From Planctomycetota bacterium (GTDB lineage Bacteria; Planctomycetota; JACQVV01), in contig JACQVV010000510.1 in the NCBI GenBank assembly GCA_016209595.1, positions 852 to 64,851 on the forward strand: a DNA stretch of 64,000 nt, written 5' to 3'. Numbering within the stretch: position 1 is the first letter of the stretch; each line of letters begins with the position of its first letter. Shown here one piece after another: positions 54,344 to 64,000 of this stretch. The position numbers were made by a program, and so were the translations under genes. The notes below the pieces were generated by a model, which was given only the letters and a program-made list of their open reading frames with translations, did no database searches and was not told the origin of the DNA.

Positions 54344-56467
54344 CTATCGCGCGCCGAGTTCGGCGAGGCGCTGGGCGGCTTTCTCGCTCTCGGCGGAGAG
54401 AGGGTAGGCCTTTGCGATCCGCTCGTAGCAGCCCCTGGCCTCCTCCTTTTCGCCCGCGCGCGCGAGAGAGTCCCCGGCGAGGAGGAGGGCGGCGGGGGCG
54501 TGGTTCGCCTCGGGGAAGAGGTCGGCCATCCGGCGGAGGTCCCGGGCCGCCGCGCGGTCGAAGCCCTGCGTGACAAGGAGCCGGCCCTGGAGGTAGCGGG
54601 GGTAGCCGGTGAGGCGCTCCAGGGGGCATTCCTCGACCCAGAGATCGAGGCTCTCCTCGGCCATGAGGTACTCCTCGCGCGCGAGGTAGTTCTCGAAGCT
54701 CGCGGTGTGGACGCCGCGCTGGATTTCGGCGGGGGCGGTGCGGTCACGGTCGAGGAAGGCGTCGATCTCGGCGAGGAGGGCGCGCGCCTTGTCCTTTTCG
54801 CCGCGGGCGATGTGGATCTCGGCGAGGCGGGCGCGGACCCGGCCGATCTGGCGGGCGTTCAGTCCTCGGGGGGCCGCAAGGACCTCGGAAAGGAGGGACT
54901 CGGCTTTCGCGATGTCGCCGAGACATTCGAGGTGGATCTCGGCCGCGCGGACCTTGCCCTCCGCGGCGCGCGCGAGCTGGGGGGTCTGGGTGGCGAGGGA
55001 ATCGCAGAGCAAAAGGGCGCTCGTGTAGTCCATCTTGCGGTCGCGGAAGAGGACGACGGCGCGCGAGACGTAGTCCGCGACGTCGGGATCGTCGTAGGAG
55101 ACGCCGGTTTTCGCGGCGTGGAGGATCGCGTCCGCGGCGAGGTCGTACCGGGCGGTCTCGTAGAGGACGGTGCCGAGGCGGAAGGCGGCCACGGGAGCGA
55201 GGGATTCGATCCGGTAGCCGGAGACGATCCGGCCGTATTCGTCGAGGATCCTCCCGGACTCGGAAGGGGGCCGGCCGCCGTAGGGCTGGACGAGGATCCG
55301 CTGGATCGAGACCGAGGTCTCGCCGTCCGGGCTCGTCACCTGGTGCTTGACGGAATAGAGGCCGCTCTCGAGGTAGATGTGGACGGGACCCGACTCGATC
55401 GAAATCTGGCCGTCCCCGAAGTCCCAGTAGTGGCCGAACGCGTCGCCTCGCGAGTCGCCGCGGAAATGGATCTCGGTGAGGTTGACTCCTTCGATGCCCA
55501 GATCGCTCGCGATCCGCCAGGAGGTATCCGCACAGAGCGACTTCCCCAGCTCCTCGACGGGATCGACCCGGGTGGGGAGGCCGGCGAGGAAGGCTCGGGG
55601 CGGGATGGGGGTGAGGCTCTCACGGCCGGGAGGCTGCCAGCCGGCCACGAGCCCCTGGTCGGCGCCCCGGATCGCGTTCACGCATTCGATCGGGTGGGGC
55701 CCCCGGGAGAGGCGGACCTTCCCCGCGTGGCCTCCCCACTCCCCGCCCACGGCGTTGTGCCAGCCCGGCCATTCGGCCACGACCTTCCCGTCGACCAGGA
55801 GGAACGACGCGTCCCAGGAGTTCAGCGCGAAGGCGTACTCGCCGTCGGCGGGCGCGAGGAGGATGCCGGTGAAGCGCAGGATGTAGCTCGACGGGCGGCC
55901 GAAGGGATTGAACGCGAGGCGGATCTCGGGATAGAGGCCGCGGCCGAGGATCGTCGGGCTCCCTTCCAGGATCCGTTGCATCTCGGCCCAGGAGGTGGGG
56001 ACTCCCGGGCCCCGGTCGCGGACCTCGAGAACGAGACCGGCGTCCGGGAGGTAGCTCGCCTCCGGTGCGCTCGCGGAGGGGTTCCCGAAGTAGACGTGGT
56101 AGACCTCGCCGGGTGCGGCCGCGGGGAACGCGATCTGGGCGAGGTCGTCCTTCCCGGCGGAGACGAGCGCGTGGGGGACCACCCGTCCCGAGGACGCGAC
56201 GACGCGGAGATCGCTCCCGTCGGCCTTGCCCCGCCCGAGGAGGTTCACCTCCGCGAACGCGGTCTTTCCCGCCCGGTGGCCTGGCTCGACCGGCTGGGTC
56301 GTGATCCTCCTCCGGAGAGGCCACTCGGCGTTCCACCAGTCGTCGGCCCGCAGGGCGGGGGCGAGGAGAAGGAGGGCCGCGACACAGATCGCTCGGCGCC
56401 TGGAGCACATCCCCAGACCCGGACCGAGCCGAGCAACAGGTGGGTCCTGGGCTGGGCTCTTATTCAT
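54344..56467 (-). CDS. Secreted DUF2341-like / PA14 / PKD / TPR multidomain protein
   Basis: WWNAEWPLRRRI (DUF2341-like start), PA14-like GEYAFALNSWDASFLLVDGKVV, PKD-like WDFGDGQ...GLYSVKHQVTSPDGE and C-terminal TPR-like repeats. An alternative start is 56410. Confidence 0.7.
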   Translation of the reverse strand: MNKSPAQDPPVARLGPGLGMCSRRRAICVAALLLLAPALRADDWWNAEWPLRRRITTQPVEPGHRAGKTAFAEVNLLGRGKADGSDLRVVASSGRVVPHALVSAGKDDLAQIAFPAAAPGEVYHVYFGNPSASAPEASYLPDAGLVLEVRDRGPGVPTSWAEMQRILEGSPTILGRGLYPEIRLAFNPFGRPSSYILRFTGILLAPADGEYAFALNSWDASFLLVDGKVVAEWPGWHNAVGGEWGGHAGKVRLSRGPHPIECVNAIRGADQGLVAGWQPPGRESLTPIPPRAFLAGLPTRVDPVEELGKSLCADTSWRIASDLGIEGVNLTEIHFRGDSRGDAFGHYWDFGDGQISIESGPVHIYLESGLYSVKHQVTSPDGETSVSIQRILVQPYGGRPPSESGRILDEYGRIVSGYRIESLAPVAAFRLGTVLYETARYDLAADAILHAAKTGVSYDDPDVADYVSRAVVLFRDRKMDYTSALLLCDSLATQTPQLARAAEGKVRAAEIHLECLGDIAKAESLLSEVLAAPRGLNARQIGRVRARLAEIHIARGEKDKARALLAEIDAFLDRDRTAPAEIQRGVHTASFENYLAREEYLMAEESLDLWVEECPLERLTGYPRYLQGRLLVTQGFDRAAARDLRRMADLFPEANHAPAALLLAGDSLARAGEKEEARGCYERIAKAYPLSAESEKAAQRLAELGAR

Positions 56468-57533
56468 CCTTCCAGCCCTCCCCGAGGTACTCCACGCCGT
56501 CGCCGCCGCCGGCCTTGCGATCCGGGCCGGTCGACGACAGATCGAAGGCCTCCGGTCTCGCGCTTCCGGGCGAGAAGTAGCGATACCTCATGCCCCACGG
56601 GTCGAGCGGGATCGAGTCGTCGAGGTACGGCCCCTGCCAATTCGAGGGGACGGGTTCCCTCTGGGGTTTCTCGCGCAGGGCTTTCAAGCCCTGGAGCGTG
56701 GTCGGGTAGGAGCCGGCCGACTCCCGATAGCGCTCGAGGGCGGCCACGAAGAGCCGGATCTGGTCCCTCGCGGCCCGGTACTCGGTCTCGAGCCGGTCGG
56801 GATTCGAAGCCGGAGCCACCCCGGCGCCAAGGATGACCTGTACGCGGTCGAACCAGTAGACGCCCGGCGGCCAGTAGGGGAAGAGCATGACGCGGATCCA
56901 CTTCACCTCGGGCGTCCGGGCGGTGGGGTCGAACTCCAGGACGTACGTCTTCCACTCGGTCGAGGGGTCTTCGAGGTTCTTGTAGATCTCGTAGATCGAG
57001 CGGTGGAGCTCGACCTTCTCGGGTTTCCCGTCCTCGCCTGCGACCTCGACCTCGGCCAGGCGGTAGCCCTTGACGAAGACCTTGGGCACGTACCTCCGGG
57101 TGGGTTTCTCGTTCGCCGGGTCGGCCCGGTAGTCGATCCGGAGGGTGTAGAGCCGGTTCGACTCCACCTCGACGTAGTCGCTGTAGAAGTAGGCGCCCTC
57201 GTGGCCGCCGATCGTGCCGTACTTGGGCTCGCGAGTCGGCTTCTTGGGCGCGGCCGGAGGGGCGGGCTCGTCCTCTCCGAGCTCGCGTAGAAGATGCCAG
57301 CGCGCGACCGCCTCGTCGCGCTCGACGTCGGTGTCGAAGCGCATCGCCTTCCCCGTCCGGAGGGGATCGGCCTCCCAGAACGAGGTGAGCCCGTCGGGCC
57401 GCTGCCAGTGCGCGGGCCGGTCGCCGCGAGCCTCCTCGAAGTCCCCGTTGGGGAGGATGTTCGCTCCCTCCTGGGCGAGGACGCCAGGCGCCGCCAGGGC
57501 GCATGCAAGTAGAAGGACGGGCGCCCCCTTCAT
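56460..57533 (-). CDS. Secreted beta-sandwich protein fused to a GspG-type pseudopilin globular domain
   Basis: Sec-type signal MKGAPVLLLACALAAPGVLAQE. The C-terminus ALERYRESAGSYPTTLQGLKAL...WQGPYLDDSIPLDPWGMRYRYFSPG...FDLSSTGPD matches T2SS protein G C-terminal domains. No prepilin leader or hydrophobic helix is present. Confidence 0.7.
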   Translation of the reverse strand: MKGAPVLLLACALAAPGVLAQEGANILPNGDFEEARGDRPAHWQRPDGLTSFWEADPLRTGKAMRFDTDVERDEAVARWHLLRELGEDEPAPPAAPKKPTREPKYGTIGGHEGAYFYSDYVEVESNRLYTLRIDYRADPANEKPTRRYVPKVFVKGYRLAEVEVAGEDGKPEKVELHRSIYEIYKNLEDPSTEWKTYVLEFDPTARTPEVKWIRVMLFPYWPPGVYWFDRVQVILGAGVAPASNPDRLETEYRAARDQIRLFVAALERYRESAGSYPTTLQGLKALREKPQREPVPSNWQGPYLDDSIPLDPWGMRYRYFSPGSARPEAFDLSSTGPDRKAGGGDGVEYLGEGWKDE

Positions 57534-60500
57534 CGACGCTCTTCCGAGAGCGAGCGGAAGTACTCCTTGAGGAGCTCGCGGTAGGCCTCGGGCGCCTCCT
57601 CGTCCTGGGCGCTCCGGAGCTCGTCGCGAAGCGCGGGCGGGAGCCCGGCCGAGGGGTCCCGGCTCTGGCGGACGAGGCCCGCCACGACCTCGCGGGTGGC
57701 CTCGAGTTCTCGGACGATCTCCTTGCGGCGCTCCTCGTAGTCGGCGCCCCGGAAGAGGCGGAGGTCCTCTTCCATCTCCTTCATCCGCCGGATCGCCTCT
57801 TCGAGGTCCTCGACCGAGTAGCTCCTCCTCGCCAGCGAGAGCTTGAGCTTCTCGGCGGAGTTGCGGACCTGCGCCTGGCTCTCCGCGATCCGTTTCATCG
57901 CCTCCTCTATCTCGGGCGGGGGGGTCCCCCGGAGCCCCTCCTGGCCGACGCTCCCCACCTTGCCTCCGCCGGTCGAGCCCCCGGAGGCGTCCGTGCTCTC
58001 GTCCTTCACCTGGCCGGCCTCGTAGGGGTCGTTCGTGTTGCGGGTGGGCGTCTGCCTTCCGCCCTTCCCCGTCGCCTCCTCCTCGACCATCTGGCCGCTC
58101 GATTTCCCGCTCCGGCCCTCACCGCTCCGCCCGCCGACCTCGTTCGTGTTGGGCTGGAGGTTCCCGGTGATCCCCTTCGCGCTCATGTTGGAGATCGGGC
58201 CGTCCGCGGCGGTCCAGCCCGCCCCCTTGTCGAGCGAGTCCATCCACGCGCTCGTCACGTCCTCGGTGTCCTCGGCCATCTCCTCCTCCTGGTCGAGGAG
58301 GTCGCCGGCGAGATCCTCGAGCTCCTCGGGGAGGTCGGCCATCGGGACGTCCAGGTCGGTCGTCGGATCCTCCATCTCCCACTTCTTGATGTCGGGTTCG
58401 TCGGAGAGCCAGCGCTCGAGGTTCGAGGTGATCTCCTCGGCGAGTTCGAGGCCCGCTTGCTCGGCCGGGACCGCGATCTCGACGTTCTTCTTCTCCAGGG
58501 CGTCCGCCGCGAGCTCGACCTGCCCGTAGGCCTCGACGAATTCCTTCGCCAGGGAGGAGTTCGAGAAATCCTGGGGGTAGAGCTTGCTCAGGTCCTTCAC
58601 CGCCTCCTGGAAGAACTTCGCCCACTTCCCTTCCTCTTCCGCGAGCTCCTCGATCGCCGCCAGCTCCTCCGGGCTGAAGTCGTCCGGGTCCTTGCCGGCG
58701 AGGTTCTCGGAGGCCTCGATCGCCTTCTTCTGCTCCTCGGCGAACCGCTTGAGATCCTCGAGGATCTTCCGCGCGGCGTCCTCGTCCTTCGATTCCGGCG
58801 AGCCGGCGAGCGCCGGTTCGAGGCCCTCGTCGCGGGCAGTCCGCCTCGTCCCCGCGACCTCGCCCGCGATCTCCCGGAGGACCCGGAGGATCTTCTCGTC
58901 GAGCCCCTTCGCCCGGGAGAGACCGTTCGAGACCTCCTCGCCAGAGGCGCCCGAAAGGAGGCCGACCAGGACATCCGTGGCCTCGACCATCTCCTCCCGC
59001 GCGAGGTTCGAGAGCCTCGTGCGGGACGTCATGGGCGCGAGACGTGGATCGCTCCAGAGGTCGAGCAGCTTCAGGGTCTCGAGTCGGACCGACTCCTGTT
59101 CCTCGGCCCGGTTCTCGATCTCCGCGAGGTCTCCCGTGCACGAGGCAAGGCCCGCCAGCGCTTTTTCCTGGAGTTCGATCAAGTGCCGGAGCCCGTCGAG
59201 GATGTCCGCGAGCTTCCGGAGCGCCGTGCGATCGGCGAGCCGGGCCGGGACGAGACTCACCCTCACGCCGGCCGAGCGGGTCCGGTTGCCCTTCATGTCT
59301 ACGGCCTCCGCCACGCACGAGAGCGAGGTGCCGGAGGCGAGCGAGAGAGCCGCGAGGTCGATCTCTTTCGCGACGGTCCACTCGGCGGGCCCGCCGGGGA
59401 TCGCCCATTCGGCGAGCATCATCGGACGATCTTCCGGCGCCCCCTCCCGCTCCGCGAGGAAGGTGACCGACGCGAGCGCGACGTCGTCCGCCGCCCGGAT
59501 CGAGACGGGGAACGCCTCCTCGGGGGAGAGCGAGAGTCGGCCCGCCGGCTCCAGGATCTCGACCGACGGGGGCAGATCCTCGAGACAAGTGACGGTCCGC
59601 TTCGCCCCCCGGGCCGATTCGATCCCCGCGGCGTCCTCCAGCTCGAACTCGTAGGAATCGTCCGTCCGGACCGTGAAGGACGTCTCCCAGACGCGCTCGG
59701 AGATCCGTTTCAGGGTCGAGCCGGGTCCGGATTCGAAGTGGATGCGGGCGCTCACGAGATCGCTCGAGGCCGTCCCCCGGAGTCGGACGACCGTCCCCGC
59801 GAGGGCCGCGATGTCGCCGGTCGCGTGGCGCTCGACCCGCTCGGGCCGCCCGAGGTACGGGGGATCGAGATAGGTGATCTCGAGGTCCTCGATCCGCGGG
59901 CGCGGGAGGACCGTCACCCAGAAGTGGTGGGAGCGCGCGTCTCCCGCGTAGACCGTGTAGCTGAATCGCTCGAGGACCTCGTCGAACGTGAAGACGAAGG
60001 CGTTCCCCGTGAAGCGCATGGGGTGGTCCTCCTCGTTCCCCGTCCCCTGGGTCCGGACGAGCACGCTCTCGACCGGCTCGCCCGAGACAAGGACGCGGAT
60101 CGAGACGGGCTCACCCCGCGCGACCGTCACGTCGCCGGGCTCGACCTCGATCCTCGTCCCCGAGAGCGCGGGGACGTCGCCCAAAGGGTCGGCGTAGCGG
60201 TCGATCGCGTTGTCGAGCGCCTCGGGAAAGGCCGCCGCGTAGATCGCGAGCGCCGCGGCCGCGACCGCGAAGGCGAGGATCGGCCGGCGGAGCGCCGAGA
60301 AGGGCACGATCTGGCCCGGCTTCAGGGAGGAGAGCATCGCGACCGCGTCCTCTCGGATGAGCGAGGCGACCTCCCGGCCTTCGCCCCCGAGAGATTCCCG
60401 GTCGAGGAGGACCGAGTTGATGAGCCGGTTGTCTAGGTCGGGCCGAGCCCGCTCCACCTCGAGCGCGGCCGCCTCGTCCGAGAACCGGCCGAGCGCGGCG

Positions 60501-60733
60501 GGGAGGATCCTGCGCGAGATGAACCAGACCGTCCCGCCCGCGACGAGCGCGGCGAGCGCGATCCGCAAGGGACCGGGCAGGGCGAGGAGGTTGTCGAGGG
60601 CGAAGGCGGCGAGCGCCCCCGAGAGGATGAAGAACGTCGCGAGAGCCGTCCCGGAGAGGACCCGCACCGCGCGCCGGCGCCTCCGGACCCTGCCCAGGAC
60701 GGCGGTTCTCTTGCTCGCGTGGTCGGTCTTCAT
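57530..60733 (-). CDS. Large membrane protein, DUF4175-like
   Basis: Two N-terminal TM helices, long beta-rich and coiled regions, a low-complexity Gly/Ser/Thr segment and the C-terminal EAYRELLKEYFRSL. The family name is from memory. Confidence 0.55.
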   Translation of the reverse strand: MKTDHASKRTAVLGRVRRRRRAVRVLSGTALATFFILSGALAAFALDNLLALPGPLRIALAALVAGGTVWFISRRILPAALGRFSDEAAALEVERARPDLDNRLINSVLLDRESLGGEGREVASLIREDAVAMLSSLKPGQIVPFSALRRPILAFAVAAAALAIYAAAFPEALDNAIDRYADPLGDVPALSGTRIEVEPGDVTVARGEPVSIRVLVSGEPVESVLVRTQGTGNEEDHPMRFTGNAFVFTFDEVLERFSYTVYAGDARSHHFWVTVLPRPRIEDLEITYLDPPYLGRPERVERHATGDIAALAGTVVRLRGTASSDLVSARIHFESGPGSTLKRISERVWETSFTVRTDDSYEFELEDAAGIESARGAKRTVTCLEDLPPSVEILEPAGRLSLSPEEAFPVSIRAADDVALASVTFLAEREGAPEDRPMMLAEWAIPGGPAEWTVAKEIDLAALSLASGTSLSCVAEAVDMKGNRTRSAGVRVSLVPARLADRTALRKLADILDGLRHLIELQEKALAGLASCTGDLAEIENRAEEQESVRLETLKLLDLWSDPRLAPMTSRTRLSNLAREEMVEATDVLVGLLSGASGEEVSNGLSRAKGLDEKILRVLREIAGEVAGTRRTARDEGLEPALAGSPESKDEDAARKILEDLKRFAEEQKKAIEASENLAGKDPDDFSPEELAAIEELAEEEGKWAKFFQEAVKDLSKLYPQDFSNSSLAKEFVEAYGQVELAADALEKKNVEIAVPAEQAGLELAEEITSNLERWLSDEPDIKKWEMEDPTTDLDVPMADLPEELEDLAGDLLDQEEEMAEDTEDVTSAWMDSLDKGAGWTAADGPISNMSAKGITGNLQPNTNEVGGRSGEGRSGKSSGQMVEEEATGKGGRQTPTRNTNDPYEAGQVKDESTDASGGSTGGGKVGSVGQEGLRGTPPPEIEEAMKRIAESQAQVRNSAEKLKLSLARRSYSVEDLEEAIRRMKEMEEDLRLFRGADYEERRKEIVRELEATREVVAGLVRQSRDPSAGLPPALRDELRSAQDEEAPEAYRELLKEYFRSLSEERR

Positions 60734-60751
60734 GGAATCCTGCCTTCGATT

Positions 60752-61822
60752 CTAGCGGTCGATGTCGATAACCTGGTCGCCCGAGTCTCCGATCCACACG
60801 TCGGCGAGATCGGGTCGCTGGACGAGCTCTAGTTCGGGGAACTCTTCCCCGGAACGGACGGAGTCGCGGAAGAGGAAGAGCCGCGCGCGGATCTCCCAGT
60901 CCGCCTCGCCGCGCCGGACGAGCCAGAGGTCCCACCGGATCGTGAGGATGGGATTCCCGGCCTCGTCCTTCAAGTGCGAGGGGCGCGTCCTGCGGCTCTC
61001 GAGGAGCACCCAGAGATCGTCCTTCGTGCCGGCGAGGGACCGGATCTTCTTCTCGTCGAAGAACTCCTCGACGCGTTCTACGAAGCCCTGGAGCTCCCCG
61101 CGTTCCGCTTCGGAGAGGAGGTTCCCCTGGGCGGCGGGCATCCCGGAGAGGAGCGCTTTCTCGGTCCGCGCGAAAACCCTGAAGGACCCGGGGAGGAGCC
61201 GCTCGGCCCGGTAGCGGCCCCCCTCCAGGATGGCCTCGCAGCGTGCGGCCCGGTCGCGGTCAATGAAGACGATGTCGCGGACCCCCTCCGCCCGGCCGGT
61301 CACATCGACGACGGCCGAAGGGCCCGGCTCGCCCGCGCCGGCGTCGGCGAGGACCACTTCCTTCACGTAGACGAGGTCCGCGAGGGTCTGGTCCTTCTCG
61401 CCCTTCTGGCTCGATGTGAGGATGAACCGCGTGGAACTCTCGCCGGTCTCGAGGGTGAGCGTCGTGCCGGTCACGTGTCCCTCGACCTCCTGGCCGGAGG
61501 CGAGCTCGATCCGGGCGGCGAGCTTCCGGACCGGGTACTGGAACGCGAGCCGGATCTTCTCGTCCGAGCCCTCCTCCTTGAACATCCAGCCGTTCTCCAT
61601 CGACTCGGACTCGACCTCGAAGCGGATCCTCCGGATCCCGGAGAGCGCCAGGTGGAGCCGGCGTTTCTGGGAAGTCTCGAAGAGATTGATCTCCTGCCCC
61701 CTTCCGAGGCGGAGCCCGCCCTCGAGGACCTCGCCGTTCGAGAGCACGACCTTCCCGGGGACGGTGTCGTCGGCAAGCGACGGCATCGCGGAGAGGGCGA
61801 GGAGGATTGCGATTCGCTTCAT
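60752..61822 (-). CDS. Secreted hypothetical protein
   Basis: ATG at 61822 overlaps the upstream stop (ATGA). Signal peptide MKRIAILLALSAMPSLADD. No family recognised. Confidence 0.55.
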   Translation of the reverse strand: MKRIAILLALSAMPSLADDTVPGKVVLSNGEVLEGGLRLGRGQEINLFETSQKRRLHLALSGIRRIRFEVESESMENGWMFKEEGSDEKIRLAFQYPVRKLAARIELASGQEVEGHVTGTTLTLETGESSTRFILTSSQKGEKDQTLADLVYVKEVVLADAGAGEPGPSAVVDVTGRAEGVRDIVFIDRDRAARCEAILEGGRYRAERLLPGSFRVFARTEKALLSGMPAAQGNLLSEAERGELQGFVERVEEFFDEKKIRSLAGTKDDLWVLLESRRTRPSHLKDEAGNPILTIRWDLWLVRRGEADWEIRARLFLFRDSVRSGEEFPELELVQRPDLADVWIGDSGDQVIDIDR

Positions 61823-63981
61823 AGGATCTGCATCCATCTCCGGAGGGCCCATTCGCACGAGAGGAGGAGGACGAAGACGGCGAAGAGGACAGGCGAATCG
61901 CCGGCCGAGTGCTCGACCCGCTCGACCGAGGTCCGCCGCGATCTCTCGAGTGCCTCGGGGATGCGATGGGCGTCGAGGACCGTGTAGTAGGCTCCCCCCG
62001 AGTCCCGGGCAAGATCCCTGAGGAGGTGCTCGTCCAGGAACGGCTCGTCCATCTCGCCCGCGGGACGTAGAGCGACGAAGCTCGCCCGCGCCTCTCGGGA
62101 GCCCTCGCGGGCGACGGCCGCGTGCTCGCCGGGCGACGTGGGCCGGAAAGTGCCGGAGCGGGTCCCCTCTCCCGCGGCGAGCTCGACGTCCGCGACCGCA
62201 CCGTCGGGCGAGACGACCTGGACTCGGACCTGGGAACCCTCGGGCGCTCCGGTCACCGTGAGGAGGACGGGTTCTCCGGAGGGGACGAGCCGGGGCGCCG
62301 CGCGGAGCGCGAAACCCGAGCCGCCGGCCTCGCCATCCTGGTCCCGCCGGGCGGCCCAGCGGACGCTCTGGCCCCAGAGCGCCTCGAACGTTTTCGCCGC
62401 GGGGGTGCGGGCCCACTGCCAGTCCGCCTCGGAGAGGAAGATCGCCACGCGACCCTCCCCGTAGCGCCGTTCCACGAGGAGGAGGCCTTCCGAATCAGCG
62501 CCCGACCACAGGGCGAGAGGCGTCGCGCCGGGGGCGAGCCGGACCGGTGCGAGGACCGAGGCGAGATGCGGGAAGGGGCCGAGGCCGGCGAGGATCGCGT
62601 GACCGGTCCCTTCGGCCGTGACCGCGATCGCGAGGTCGCCTGTGTGCTCGGTCGCGCCCGAAAGGGCGACGGGGAGCGCGGGCGCGAGCGCCGTCGCCCC
62701 GAGGCCCGCCGGCCCCGCGGCCTTCTTCCCCGGGAGGAGAAGGAGCCCCCCTCCCGCCTCGGAGACGTAGTCGCGGACGAGCTTCCACTCATCCTCGGTC
62801 AGGTCGGTCGCCGCGAGGTCGCCCAGGACGAGGCAGTCGAACACCTGGAGCGCCGCCCGCGTGGCCGGGAACCCGTCCGCCAGGTCGACGGGCGAGCTTC
62901 CCTGGAAGGACGCCCGGGCCGGCCCGGTCCGGACGAGGCACGCGAGCATCACGTTCTCGTCCTGTTCCAGGGCTCGCTTGAGGTAGGTGTACTTCCAGCG
63001 GAGCGTGGTCTCGTAGCAGAGGACCCGGACCTTCTCCGCCGAGACCGAGAGCCCCACGAACCTCGAGTTGTTCTCCTCGATCGCTTCCCCGGCCACCGGC
63101 ACGACGCGGACCTCGAACTCGAACGCCCCGGGCTCGATCGGCAGGAACTCGATCTCCTCCTCAGCCGAACCTGGGGAGAGCTCGATCCGTCGGGTCGCCA
63201 GGACCGCTCCGGCCCTGCGGAGCTCGAGAGCCGTCTCGACCGGCCCGGGGGCGGAGCACCGGATCGTGGCCAGGAACGCGATCCGGTTCCGGACAAGCGC
63301 GGTCCGCGGCGCGCGGAGGTCGGCGACCGCGAGGTCGATCGCGTACGGATCGCCCGAAGCGAGCGAGCCTATGCCCACGGCGTGGATCGGCGCGCCGGCC
63401 CGGGCGAGCTCCCGGGCGGACCCGGTCGTCGTCTCCCTGCCGTCCGACACGAGGACCACGGCCTGGGCCTCCCCGCTCTCTCGCGATCGGGCGAGCGCCT
63501 CCCGGACGTCGGTCGCCGGCCCGGCCGGGTCGAGTCCCTCGAGCGACTCCGCCCCGGCCAGCCGGCGGGCGCCGGCGTCGAACGCGTAGACTTCGACTTC
63601 GTAGAGATCCTTGAGCGGTTCGAGGATGCCCCTGTCCGGGTCGGAGAGGATCCGCCGGGCGGCGTCGAGACGCCTCGCGCCGTCCGGCCCGTCGGAGACG
63701 GCCATGGAGCCGGAGGTGTCAACGAGCACGACGACGCGGCCGCGAGGCGAGTCCTCCCGCTCCCAGGAGAGGATGGGCGCGAGGAGAAAGAGGAGGATCG
63801 CCCCGACCGCGAGAGAGCGCGCCGCGAGGAGGACCCAGGGTCCCTTCGCGCCGGCCGGGGAGTGTGCGAGCTCGAAGATGCGGCGGTACGAGACGTACGC
63901 CGCCGCGAGAGCGAGCCCGACGATCACGGCGTCCCAGAACGGTCCGCCGAGGCCCGGGACGGTGAGGTCGAGGTTCCTCAT
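61819..63981 (-). CDS. BatA-like membrane protein with VWA domain
   Basis: N-terminal TM helices, a VWA MIDAS-like VVVLVDTSGSM, later VVLVSDGRETT, and a C-terminal domain resembling the GATase1-like modules of Bat-type proteins. An aggagg RBS precedes the ATG. Confidence 0.7.
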   Translation of the reverse strand: MRNLDLTVPGLGGPFWDAVIVGLALAAAYVSYRRIFELAHSPAGAKGPWVLLAARSLAVGAILLFLLAPILSWEREDSPRGRVVVLVDTSGSMAVSDGPDGARRLDAARRILSDPDRGILEPLKDLYEVEVYAFDAGARRLAGAESLEGLDPAGPATDVREALARSRESGEAQAVVLVSDGRETTTGSARELARAGAPIHAVGIGSLASGDPYAIDLAVADLRAPRTALVRNRIAFLATIRCSAPGPVETALELRRAGAVLATRRIELSPGSAEEEIEFLPIEPGAFEFEVRVVPVAGEAIEENNSRFVGLSVSAEKVRVLCYETTLRWKYTYLKRALEQDENVMLACLVRTGPARASFQGSSPVDLADGFPATRAALQVFDCLVLGDLAATDLTEDEWKLVRDYVSEAGGGLLLLPGKKAAGPAGLGATALAPALPVALSGATEHTGDLAIAVTAEGTGHAILAGLGPFPHLASVLAPVRLAPGATPLALWSGADSEGLLLVERRYGEGRVAIFLSEADWQWARTPAAKTFEALWGQSVRWAARRDQDGEAGGSGFALRAAPRLVPSGEPVLLTVTGAPEGSQVRVQVVSPDGAVADVELAAGEGTRSGTFRPTSPGEHAAVAREGSREARASFVALRPAGEMDEPFLDEHLLRDLARDSGGAYYTVLDAHRIPEALERSRRTSVERVEHSAGDSPVLFAVFVLLLSCEWALRRWMQIL

Positions 63982-64000
63982 CGGACCTCCTGGAGGTCGG

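Overview
This is a 64-kb stretch of a very GC-rich (roughly 70% by eye) bacterial chromosome, densely coded on both strands. I support about 55 protein genes and recognised no rRNA, tRNA or CRISPR array. All calls come from reading the supplied translations for family motifs and reading the DNA for repeats; nothing was searched or computed, so family names are from memory.

Gene content in order:
- A truncated Ser/Thr kinase, then a lipoprotein cluster.
- PilZ, a CPBP protease, a YacL-like PIN/TRAM protein and a dGTPase.
- An ECF sigma / anti-sigma operon with two DUF2330-like paralogs and a tetraheme cytochrome c.
- A kinase-FGE fusion.
- A livKHMGF-type ABC transporter.
- A 3.7-kb inserted islet carrying an AAA+ ATPase, a WYL regulator, an unknown protein and a VapBC-like pair.
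- A DUF4139 protein.
- An 8.6-kb single ORF.
- An XPB-Bax1 helicase/nuclease pair.
- arsM-arsS.
- Several secreted proteins.
- A DEAD-box helicase flanked by two mobile-element gene remnants.
- A Phd/RelE pair.
- A Bat-like envelope operon.

Most notable observations:
1. A 2870-aa single ORF fuses FixC/ETF-QO-like, FixX-like ferredoxin, two acyl-CoA dehydrogenase-like modules, EtfB-like and EtfA-like modules.
2. Structured palindromic repeat elements sit in frame inside coding sequence. They occur at the domain junctions of the mega-ORF, twice in the kinase, and as C-terminal tails of livG, livF and a lipoprotein.
3. An islet is bounded by 139-bp direct repeats that duplicate the livF 3' end. 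A WYL regulator with a perfect 11-bp palindromic candidate operator sits between an AAA+ ATPase and an uncharacterised protein, which makes a candidate defence or stress module.

The many long Arg/Pro/Gly-rich ORFs antisense to these genes are treated as GC-driven shadow ORFs.
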